Of a stretch of DNA of 51,405 nucleotides, positions 37,434 through 44,282 are shown in pieces. The position numbers were made by a program, and so were the translations under genes. The stretch lies in IMG/VR virus record IMGVR_UViG_3300044475_000302, positions 1 to 51,405 of that record; one strand, written 5' to 3'. Source of the DNA: a virus. Lineage: Duplodnaviria > Caudoviricetes. Position 1 is the first letter of the stretch, and every line of letters starts with the position of its first letter. The notes below the pieces were generated by a model, which saw nothing but the letters and a program-made list of their open reading frames with translations, ran no database searches and was not told the origin of the DNA.

Positions 37434-38005
37434 ACAGCGCGAGCAACAAATTCGATCCCCATGCCAGCTCTGGAACTGGCCAGCTCGATGTCAGGCGCTT
37501 ACGGCGCGGACGGAGGGTTGAGCTGCAACGCTCCCTGCCAGGTGGCCCTCAGAACGGGCTGATGCACTGGTAAAGCGGGCCACGCCGGATAACCGGTGGA
37601 GGCTGCAGCAATTAAATAATCGCCCAGGACACCGTGGCGCGTAACGGATCCCAGTTAGACAGATTTGAATTAGCGCCCCGAGCCTCGGCATTGAGGGGCG
37701 CCGGACCTCATGCACCCTGCCCCGCTCAGTCAGGGCATTCAGAGCTGTAGCGTGCATGTTGTAAGGACCTGCGATCCATGGCGAACAGATGCTGATTGAC
37801 GCCGTGAGGAGGAAGCTCGACGCCCGCAACCATGACGAACCGCTGAGCTGCAATCACTAGCGGCACACGCGGCGCCACCCTAGCGCAGAGGGAATCATCG
37901 CTGACGCAATGCCCCGGCCTGTCGCCAGTAGCGAGGCCGGGTCCACCGATTCACTGAAGCACCTGGGCGACCGGGTGCTTTGGGAATCCACTGGAGGAAC
38001 ACGGC

Positions 38006-38206
38006 ATGACCACGATCATCAAGGACACCTTCACCAGCGGTGCTCAGGTGAGCATGGAGATGGACAAGGACGCAGAAGAGCTTTTCGTCTTCCACTGCCC
38101 AGCCGGCCAAGGCTGCATCGTCAGCAAATGGCCGCTAGACAGCGACCACATGCCGATCGCGATGGCGCATTACCAGGAGTGCTGCGAGCTGGAGAGTGCA
38201 CCCTGA
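38006..38206 (+). CDS. Small early protein
   Basis: GGAGG RBS; 66 aa. Confidence 0.7.
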   Translation: MTTIIKDTFTSGAQVSMEMDKDAEELFVFHCPAGQGCIVSKWPLDSDHMPIAMAHYQECCELESAP

Positions 38207-38269
38207 TTTCACTGGCTGGCCTTGGCGACAGGGCCAGACGGGAAATCAACCGCCCCGGAGGGCAGATCG

Positions 38270-38482
38270 ATGTCTCAGACATTCGAGCAAGGTTGGGCGG
38301 CTCGACCATTCGCTCAGCAGTTCCCGGAAATGAGCGCCGACGAGGCCAAGCGCCTCGACCACATCAATACGTCCATCACCACGCTGTATCTGGCAGGCCT
38401 GTTGACCGACAAGCAGGCGAACGAAATCCGCACCAAGAAATTCCCCAGGGTCGTCACCAAGGCGGTCCTGGGCAAGCGTTGA
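38270..38482 (+). CDS. Small early protein
   Basis: GGAGG RBS supplied by the repeat; starts MSQTFEQGW. Confidence 0.7.
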   Translation: MSQTFEQGWAARPFAQQFPEMSADEAKRLDHINTSITTLYLAGLLTDKQANEIRTKKFPRVVTKAVLGKR

Positions 38483-38549
38483 GCGATTTCACTGGCTGGT
38501 CTTGGCGACAGGGCCAGACGGGAAATCAACCGCCCTGGAGGGCAAGACG

Positions 38550-38852
38550 ATGAGCTGCACCTGCATCAGCGATGCCGTGAAGCTGGTTACGGACCAGCTT
38601 GCTGAGGAGGCGCCAGGGTCTGGGCCTTTCTACATGCGCGCAGAGGGCCACAATCTGTCACTGAACATCGAGACAGGAAAAGCCGCTCGGCGCTACTGCG
38701 TAGAGGTCACTGGCCACTACATGGCGCCGAAAAGGGCTGGAGGAATGAAGCGCGTGAACAAGACCGTTTCGGTGGTCGCCAACTACTGCCCGCTTTGCGG
38801 CAAGAAGTGCGCGACAGACGAAGAAGAGACAACCAGCGCCACGTCAGCCTGA
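38550..38852 (+). CDS. Small early Zn-binding protein
   Basis: MSCTC...NYCPLCGKK; RBS supplied by the repeat. Confidence 0.75.
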   Translation: MSCTCISDAVKLVTDQLAEEAPGSGPFYMRAEGHNLSLNIETGKAARRYCVEVTGHYMAPKRAGGMKRVNKTVSVVANYCPLCGKKCATDEEETTSATSA

Positions 38853-38890
38853 CGTTGACTGCCCGATCTACCTGCCCCCCCTATCACCAG

Positions 38891-39022
38891 GCTGCATCGG
38901 CGTGTGATCTGAAGGCGCAGGCTGATGCGCAAACCTTGCCTCGTTGGCGAGCTACTGAGGCCTCATAGAGTTAGGCCGCCAAGCCGGAGATCAGCACCGG
39001 CCAGATCACACACCAATGCAGC
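38891..39022 (+). ncRNA. Structured tRNA-shaped element upstream of the LuxR gene
   Basis: 21-nt closing stem (19/21 paired), two hairpins with complementary loops GCTGA/TCAGC, ACCA after the inner 10-bp stem. Confidence 0.55.
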
Positions 39023-39037
39023 CCCCGAGGACAAATC

Positions 39038-39421
39038 ATGGAAACGATCACCTGCGGCTCATGGATTGGCCAGCTCGGAAAGGCGCTGGCTCCCCGCGAG
39101 CTTGAAGCACTGCTGTGGGTGGCCCAGGGCCTCACCACCAAAGAAATCGCCCGCCAGATGGCGGTCAGCCCCGGAACCGTGGCAAACCGCATCGAGAACG
39201 CCCTCTTCAAGCTTGAAGCTGGGCGGCGCATCGAGGCGGTAACCAAGGCCATGCGGCAGCAGATCATCAGCCCGCTGTGCATCGCGCTGGCCAGCCTCAT
39301 CGCAATGCACGCAGTCATCGACGACGGCGACCCGATGCGCCGCGATCGCCGGGCGCCCGAGCGGCGCACAGCCCAAGTTCGAATCGTTCGCAAGGCCGAG
39401 GCCTTCGAGCACTACGCCTGA
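39038..39421 (+). CDS. LuxR-type HTH regulator
   Basis: LAPRELEALLWVAQGLTTKEIARQMAVSPGTV. Confidence 0.88.
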   Translation: METITCGSWIGQLGKALAPRELEALLWVAQGLTTKEIARQMAVSPGTVANRIENALFKLEAGRRIEAVTKAMRQQIISPLCIALASLIAMHAVIDDGDPMRRDRRAPERRTAQVRIVRKAEAFEHYA

Positions 39422-39442
39422 TTCCCCTTCGAGGAACACCCC

Positions 39443-39712
39443 ATGCAGACAGCAATGCACCCCGCCTTCGAGGCGAAACTCGCCGTGCTCGCGGCACTGC
39501 TTGAGCGCAGCCAGGCGGTACGCGACGAAGCCCATGCCAAGGTCGCCCAGGGCAGCCCGCGCTATCAGGCCTCGGGCCATGGTGGTACCTGGGATGTGGT
39601 TGAGATCGCCACCGGCGTGGTCCAGGGCTTCGCTTACAGCTACCGCACTGCCCTGCGCTTCGTCGATGCGATGGAGGCAGGTGCTGCGAGCAAACAGAGG
39701 GCCTTGCAATGA
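39443..39712 (+). CDS. Hypothetical early protein
   Basis: GAGGA RBS; ATGA coupling to the next gene. Confidence 0.7.
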   Translation: MQTAMHPAFEAKLAVLAALLERSQAVRDEAHAKVAQGSPRYQASGHGGTWDVVEIATGVVQGFAYSYRTALRFVDAMEAGAASKQRALQ

Positions 39713-40236
39713 ACGGCGCAGCAACCCAGGCCCAGCGCGCCGCCGTGCTGGACCAGCTCAATGCGAGCATCGACAGCTTCTTCGGTAGCGGTGGTAGCGT
39801 TCAGGTGCTGCGCGGCTTCGAGCCGGTTCCGCGGCGAGCCCATCACGGCCCCGGCGAATCTGCCGGCGATCAGTCGGTGACCGAACGATTCCGCGCCGAG
39901 CTCGACCTGGTTCAGCGAGTGAAGGAAGCGGCGAAGACTATGACCCTGGCCGAGGCCGTGCGCGAGCTAGGCATAGGCCGCACCGAACTCCACCGAATGT
40001 CCAAAGAGCACGGTTTCCTTTTCAGATCGAACAATCGGGAGCACCTGCAGCGAGAGGCGGCCCGCCAGGCCAGAGCTGCCGAGAAGGCGCGGATAATTGA
40101 TCTGGTCCGAGCCAACAGCGGCAAGGGCCTCAGTCGCCACTTTGTCGCCAAGCGCCTGGGCATCAGCGATTCATACATCAGGAAGATCATCGAGGAGAAC
40201 GGCCTCGACTTCCCGCTCTACGGAGACCGACCTTGA
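39709..40236 (+). CDS. Hypothetical protein with tandem HTH-like motifs
   Basis: TLAEAVRELGIGRTELHR and SRHFVAKRLGISDSYIRK. Confidence 0.7.
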   Translation: MNGAATQAQRAAVLDQLNASIDSFFGSGGSVQVLRGFEPVPRRAHHGPGESAGDQSVTERFRAELDLVQRVKEAAKTMTLAEAVRELGIGRTELHRMSKEHGFLFRSNNREHLQREAARQARAAEKARIIDLVRANSGKGLSRHFVAKRLGISDSYIRKIIEENGLDFPLYGDRP

Positions 40237-40329
40237 AACGCATCACGGCGCGCGTCAGGCACGGTCGGCGACAGCAACACATCAGCTTGCCGCCAAGCGG
40301 GCTATCAGAGGATCGAGGAGTTTCAGCGC

Positions 40330-40518
40330 ATGAGAATCGACCTTCCCGGCCAGTTCGATCTGCCGATTCAGATTGCCCACCAGCCGCCGTCAGCACCCGA
40401 GGGAAGCAAGGTTGAATTGGCTGAGCGCATAGCCAAGGCGTTGATCAAATACGAATCGCGACCTTCTTCGGCGCTATGGATCGAAATCCAAGCCTGCGCC
40501 AAGTCGATCCTGAACTAA
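40330..40518 (+). CDS. Hypothetical protein
   Basis: GAGGAG RBS; 62 aa. Confidence 0.55.
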   Translation: MRIDLPGQFDLPIQIAHQPPSAPEGSKVELAERIAKALIKYESRPSSALWIEIQACAKSILN

Positions 40519-40583
40519 CACCCCCGCGAGTTACCACCTACCGCCACCAGCCATGGAGGGCGGCCTACACCCTGGAGAAAGTC

Positions 40584-41060
40584 ATGACCCAATCTGCACT
40601 GCAATCCATCGCCGCCGCCGACTTGCCGGAACGTGGCCAGCCCCTGGCTGGTGGCACCTTCCTGACACGCTACTGGCTGAACGGCCAAGAGCGAGCACTG
40701 ATCCAGCTTGACGTCGAGTTCGAAGGCATCTGGGGCAAGTACGGGGTGAAGATCCCAGGCGCCGACAGCTACAGCGACGGCGAGGCGAACACCCGCGCCA
40801 TGGCCGAGGCCGGCTGCGAGATCGCCATCAAGGCGCTGGAGCTGGGCGCGTTCATCCCTTCCTGCCTGGAAGGCCAACTGGTGATGGCTGCTCAGGCTGA
40901 TGGCCTGGTAGCCATGCGCGAAGATCGCTTCCACTGGCTGAGCACGCAGTTCGCCGCCAACGTCGCCTACTTCTTGGGCTTTGAGGATGGCTGGCTCTTC
41001 AACGGCGGCAAGTACAGCGAGCGTCTCGTCCGCCCCGTCCGCAGCCTTCCAATCCAGTAA
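40584..41060 (+). CDS. DGR target protein 1 (DUF1566/C-type-lectin-like, 158 aa)
   Basis: GGAG RBS; DGEANT, FIPS..E, HWLSTQ, C-terminal RLVRPVR; carries VR1. Confidence 0.9.
   Translation: MTQSALQSIAAADLPERGQPLAGGTFLTRYWLNGQERALIQLDVEFEGIWGKYGVKIPGADSYSDGEANTRAMAEAGCEIAIKALELGAFIPSCLEGQLVMAAQADGLVAMREDRFHWLSTQFAANVAYFLGFEDGWLFNGGKYSERLVRPVRSLPIQ
40945..41044 (+). repeat. DGR variable repeat VR1
   Basis: Versus TR: 11 substitutions at TR adenines and 1 T-to-G near the 5' edge. Confidence 0.95.
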
Positions 41061-41083
41061 TTCACCCATTCATTCCTTTTCTC

Positions 41084-41156
41084 GCAGGCGATTCCGGGTT
41101 CGTCAGGACGACGATCAGACCAGAAGCACGCCGGGAAGCGCCGGCCGCCTGCACCC
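41084..41156 (+). ncRNA. tRNA-sized structured element between the two DGR target genes
   Basis: GCAGGCG/CGCCTGC 7-bp stem stacked on GCCGG-N6-CCGGC arm, followed by ACC. Confidence 0.45.
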
Positions 41157-41177
41157 CACTTCGACAGGAACGACCTC

Positions 41178-41774
41178 ATGGAAAACGCTCCATTGATTGG
41201 CACCCTCAACATCCACCTCACGGCTCCGGCATTGAGCCCGCTGGCGTCAGCCTTGGTCAGCGCGCTGCTCAAGCAGGGCGAGCAGCGCCCAGCGGCCAGC
41301 GCCGAAGAGATCAAGCTGACCCCTCCTGAGATCGGCAAATACTGGCCAGGCCAAGGTGGCATCTACGGCGGTCTTCGCCAATACCCCGAGGGCCTGTGCC
41401 ACATCATCTTTGCCGCTGAGGATGTCGGGAAGCACGCCTTTGGCGATTACGGCGAGGAGGTAGAAGGCACCAACCAGATCGACGGGCGCGCCAATACCGC
41501 GATCTTGCTCGCCCGCGAGGGCAAGCATCCGGCAGCCATCGCCGCAGCCGGCTACACCGCAGATGGTCACGCCGACTTCTACCTGCCAGCCTCCAGCGAG
41601 CTGCATCACGGCTACCTGTACCTGCCAGAGTCGTTCGAAAAGGCCTGGTATGTGTCGAGTTCGCAGTTCTCCGCCTACTACGCCTACGACATGGACTTTG
41701 AGGATGGCTGGCTCGGCTACGTCGACAAGTACAGCGAGCGTCTCGTCCGCCCCGTCCGCAGAATCCTTCAGTAA
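41178..41774 (+). CDS. DGR target protein 2 (DUF1566/C-type-lectin-like, 198 aa)
   Basis: PEIGKYWPGQGGIYGG, DGRANT, DFYLPASSEL, WYVSSSQ, RLVRPVRR; carries VR2. Confidence 0.92.
   Translation: MENAPLIGTLNIHLTAPALSPLASALVSALLKQGEQRPAASAEEIKLTPPEIGKYWPGQGGIYGGLRQYPEGLCHIIFAAEDVGKHAFGDYGEEVEGTNQIDGRANTAILLAREGKHPAAIAAAGYTADGHADFYLPASSELHHGYLYLPESFEKAWYVSSSQFSAYYAYDMDFEDGWLGYVDKYSERLVRPVRRILQ
41661..41762 (+). repeat. DGR variable repeat VR2
   Basis: Versus TR: 8 substitutions, all at TR adenines within AAC codons. Confidence 0.96.
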
Positions 41775-41791
41775 CTCAGTTATTCATTCAT

Positions 41792-41807
41792 GGGCGCCTC
41801 GGCGCCC
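41792..41807. promoter_or_regulatory. GC-rich hairpin/cruciform downstream of VR2 (DGR target-recognition element)
   Basis: GGGCGC-CTCG-GCGCCC, ~30 bp after VR2. Confidence 0.7.
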
Positions 41808-41826
41808 TCGCTTTTAGGAGGCCAGG

Positions 41827-42180
41827 ATGGCCCTGCACACGGATCTCGAGATCCACAAGGTAGGCGAAGAGCTGTTCCAGCTTTCGCTCAACCTGGTTCG
41901 CCACATCCCACGCGACCTGAAGCAGGTTGCCGGCAACAAGATCCGAGACGTATGCCTCGACATCCTGCTGCTGATCGGTCGGGCGAACATGGCGCGCGAC
42001 AAGCGCCAGTATCTCACCCAGGTGATCGAAAACACCTGGGCGCTCAACTACCTGTTCAGGGCTCTGTCCGACTGCGCAGCTATCAGCCGAGGCCAACACG
42101 CCAAGGTCATGAAGCTCACAGCCTCCGTTGGACGCCAGGCGAATGCCTGGAAGAAATCCGCAACCGCGCCCGCCGCTTGA
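41827..42180 (+). CDS. avd: DGR accessory variability determinant (Avd, four-helix bundle)
   Basis: 117 aa basic helical protein, L.IHK..PRDLK..G.KI...VGRQANAWKK; lies between targets and TR. Confidence 0.88.
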   Translation: MALHTDLEIHKVGEELFQLSLNLVRHIPRDLKQVAGNKIRDVCLDILLLIGRANMARDKRQYLTQVIENTWALNYLFRALSDCAAISRGQHAKVMKLTASVGRQANAWKKSATAPAA

Positions 42181-42335
42181 GGGTCAAGGCTCTCTTGCCT
42201 GTGCGCTGAATCTGGTCGTGCCGCTGATCTGTGATCACCGCCATGCGCAGCACGGATACCACCGGCAACTGCCGGCAGGTCCGGCGCAGTTTCCAGGCTG
42301 AGCAATCGTCCTGGCGACGTAGATAGCACGATAGG

Positions 42336-42437
42336 TCGCAGTTCTCCGCCAACAACGCCTACAACATGGACTTTGAGGATGGCTGGCTCAACAACAACGA
42401 CAAGTACAGCGAGCGTCTCGTCCGCCCCGTCCGCAGA
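42336..42437 (+). ncRNA. DGR template repeat TR
   Basis: Six AAC codons in the VR frame and 26 adenines; between avd and RT. Confidence 0.95.
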
Positions 42438-43548
42438 TTCGCCCGTTGCGAGCTTCACCTTCGAGGAATTGGCCCAGGCCTATTACGACTGCCGACGGCG
42501 CAAGCGGAATACCGCAAGCGCACGACGCTTCGAGATCGACATGGAAGCCAATCTCCTCGACCTATTCGAAGAGCTTCAGGTCGGCACCTACCGGCCTGGC
42601 CGCTCCATCTGCTTTGTGGTCACGCGGCCAAAGGCCCGCGAGGTGTGGGCTGCCGAGTTCCGAGACCGCATCGTGCACCATCTGCTGTACAACCGCATCG
42701 GCCCCGCCATCGAGCGCAGCTTCATAGCGGACAGCTGCGCCTGTATCCCAGGGCGCGGCACGCTGTACGCCGGTAAACGCATGGAGGCGAAGATCCGCAG
42801 CCAGACGCAGAACTGGTCGAAGCCTGGCTTCTACCTCAAGTGCGACCTGGCCAACTTCTTCGTGTCGATCGACAAGCGCGTGCTTGCCCAGCAGTTGGCC
42901 GCACGCATAGACGATCCTTGGTTTCGCCAGCTCGCGCTACAGGTGCTCATGCACGACCCGCGTGAGAACTACGTCGAGCGCAGCCCGGCACACCTGTTCA
43001 ACCGGGTGCCGCAACACAAGCGACTGACCGCGCAGCCTGCGTACCTGGGGCTGCCCATCGGCAACCTGTCGTCGCAGTTCTTCGCCAACGTCTACCTCGA
43101 CTCCCTGGACAAGTTCTGCAAACACACGCTCAGGGCCAAGCACTACATCCGCTACGTCGACGACTTCGTGCTGCTGCATGAGTCGCCGCAGCAGCTGAAT
43201 GGATGGCTCCAGCAGATCGAAGACTTCCTGCCCAGCCTGGGCGTCAGGCTCAACCCGTCGAAGACGATACTTCAACCAATCGAGCGTGGCGTGGACTTCG
43301 TCGGGCACGTGATAAAGCCCTGGCGGCGCACCGCTCGCAAGAAGTCGGTGGCCCAGGCCATGAAGCGAGTTGCCGCAGCACCTGCCGAAGACCTGCGCGA
43401 GACGGCGAACAGTTACTTCGGCCTGCTTGGCCAGGCCAGCCACAGCCAGAAAGATCGCGCCGCGCTGGCCAACTTGGTGCTGCGCCGCGGGCATATCGTC
43501 AATAGCGCGCTGACCCAGACCTACCCAAGGAAAAGGACAACCCCATGA
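42379..43548 (+). CDS. DGR reverse transcriptase
   Basis: FRDRIVHH, LKCDLANFFVSI, GLPIGNLSSQFFANVYL, YIRYVDDF, GVDFVGH; start uncertain (ATG 42379 or TTG 42373, both inside TR). Confidence 0.95.
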   Translation: MAGSTTTTSTASVSSAPSADSPVASFTFEELAQAYYDCRRRKRNTASARRFEIDMEANLLDLFEELQVGTYRPGRSICFVVTRPKAREVWAAEFRDRIVHHLLYNRIGPAIERSFIADSCACIPGRGTLYAGKRMEAKIRSQTQNWSKPGFYLKCDLANFFVSIDKRVLAQQLAARIDDPWFRQLALQVLMHDPRENYVERSPAHLFNRVPQHKRLTAQPAYLGLPIGNLSSQFFANVYLDSLDKFCKHTLRAKHYIRYVDDFVLLHESPQQLNGWLQQIEDFLPSLGVRLNPSKTILQPIERGVDFVGHVIKPWRRTARKKSVAQAMKRVAAAPAEDLRETANSYFGLLGQASHSQKDRAALANLVLRRGHIVNSALTQTYPRKRTTP

Positions 43549-43958
43549 GCAACTACAACTGCGACTACGTTCGTCGCCACTACAACGTCCCGGCTGAGGT
43601 TGGGCGTCGGGTGATTGCCAACGGCGAGCCCGGCATCATCATGGCTGATCGCGGCCATTACATCGGCGTCATCCTCGACAGCGATCCGAAGAAGCGCATC
43701 CGCAACTACCACCCAACCTGGGAAATGCAGTACGGCGATATGGCCAAGGAACTTCCGCTCAAGCAGTGGGAGGTGCTCACCAACGGCATGTATGACTGGG
43801 ATGACGTGAGGTACATGCTGGGCGATGCGCGCCATTATGTGCTCCGGGTATGGGCAGCGACCCGCAGCCAAGCCAAATACCGGGCCTATCAAGAGCTGGC
43901 CGACTGCTTCAACGACGACGCCACAGCAATGCTGACCTTCAAGGTGCGCGCTGCCTGA
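43545..43958 (+). CDS. Hypothetical early protein
   Basis: ATGA overlap with the RT stop; YVRRHYNVPAEVGRRV..YHPTW. Confidence 0.75.
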   Translation: MSNYNCDYVRRHYNVPAEVGRRVIANGEPGIIMADRGHYIGVILDSDPKKRIRNYHPTWEMQYGDMAKELPLKQWEVLTNGMYDWDDVRYMLGDARHYVLRVWAATRSQAKYRAYQELADCFNDDATAMLTFKVRAA

Positions 43959-43988
43959 CCCTCCGGCGCTGCCCACCAACGCCTTCCC

Positions 43989-44168
43989 TTATTCAGCGAC
44001 AGGGTCGGCACCCAGGCCTTTCCGGTAGCGCGCAATCGCGATGATCTGGCGCAGGCAGATGACCATGTCCTTCTTGAGGTGGTCATCCGGCAGACCGATC
44101 TTTTTCAGCATTGCCTGGGCTTCTTCCTCGATCGAGGCAAGGGCCTCGGTATCGCTTTTCAGTGTCAT
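43989..44168 (-). CDS. Small antisense-oriented moron protein (59 aa)
   Basis: GGAGG RBS; cassette bounded by 18/20 direct repeats. Confidence 0.65.
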   Translation of the reverse strand: MTLKSDTEALASIEEEAQAMLKKIGLPDDHLKKDMVICLRQIIAIARYRKGLGADPVAE

Positions 44169-44282
44169 GGCGGCCTCCACCAGGTCGAGTCAGCCATGAA
44201 CTGATAGCTCACCAAAACACTGCGCGCCAGCTACGGCGCCTTCCCCTATTCAACGATAACGCCTCCCCGGCGAGGATCACCA

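Larger units (their letters stand above)
37948..38544 (+). repeat. Three copies of a GCGA-tetraloop long hairpin preceding early genes
   Basis: 38205-38264 and 38485-38544 are 58/60 identical; 37948-37988 is a diverged copy with the same predicted fold. Confidence 0.85.
40584..43548 (+). mobile_element. Diversity-generating retroelement cassette (target1-target2-avd-TR-RT)
   Basis: Three ~100-bp repeats differing almost only at TR adenines, plus Avd-like gene and DGR-type RT. Confidence 0.97.

Noticed and set aside
37760-37830. Hammerhead-like core (CTGATTGA...GAA)
   Set aside because: Does not fit CUGANGA/GAAA with the required three stems
38205-38544. CRISPR array or integron attC sites
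   Set aside because: Only two near-identical copies separated by a whole gene, no cas genes, no RYYYAAC/GTTRRRY ends; kept as a structured repeat
38222-38549. Shared N-terminus MATGPDGKST of ORFs 38222 and 38502
   Set aside because: Translation of the non-coding repeat from a TTG; the GGAGG-preceded ATGs at 38270 and 38550 are better starts
37300-41160. Canonical tRNA genes
   Set aside because: The tRNA-shaped elements lack the TTCRA T-loop and a 7-nt anticodon loop
40981-41196. ORF MRMAGSST.. resembling the RT N-terminus (also within 41563-41817)
   Set aside because: By-product of VR/TR identity read in the RT frame
42366-42776. ORF beginning MDFEDGWLNNND as a third DGR target
   Set aside because: It is TR read in the VR frame running on into an off-frame of RT; it lacks the N-terminal domain
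42373-43548. RT as group II intron, retron or Abi RT
   Set aside because: No maturase/endonuclease extension or retron VTG motif; GNLSSQ motif, avd and adenine-specific TR/VR pairs identify a DGR
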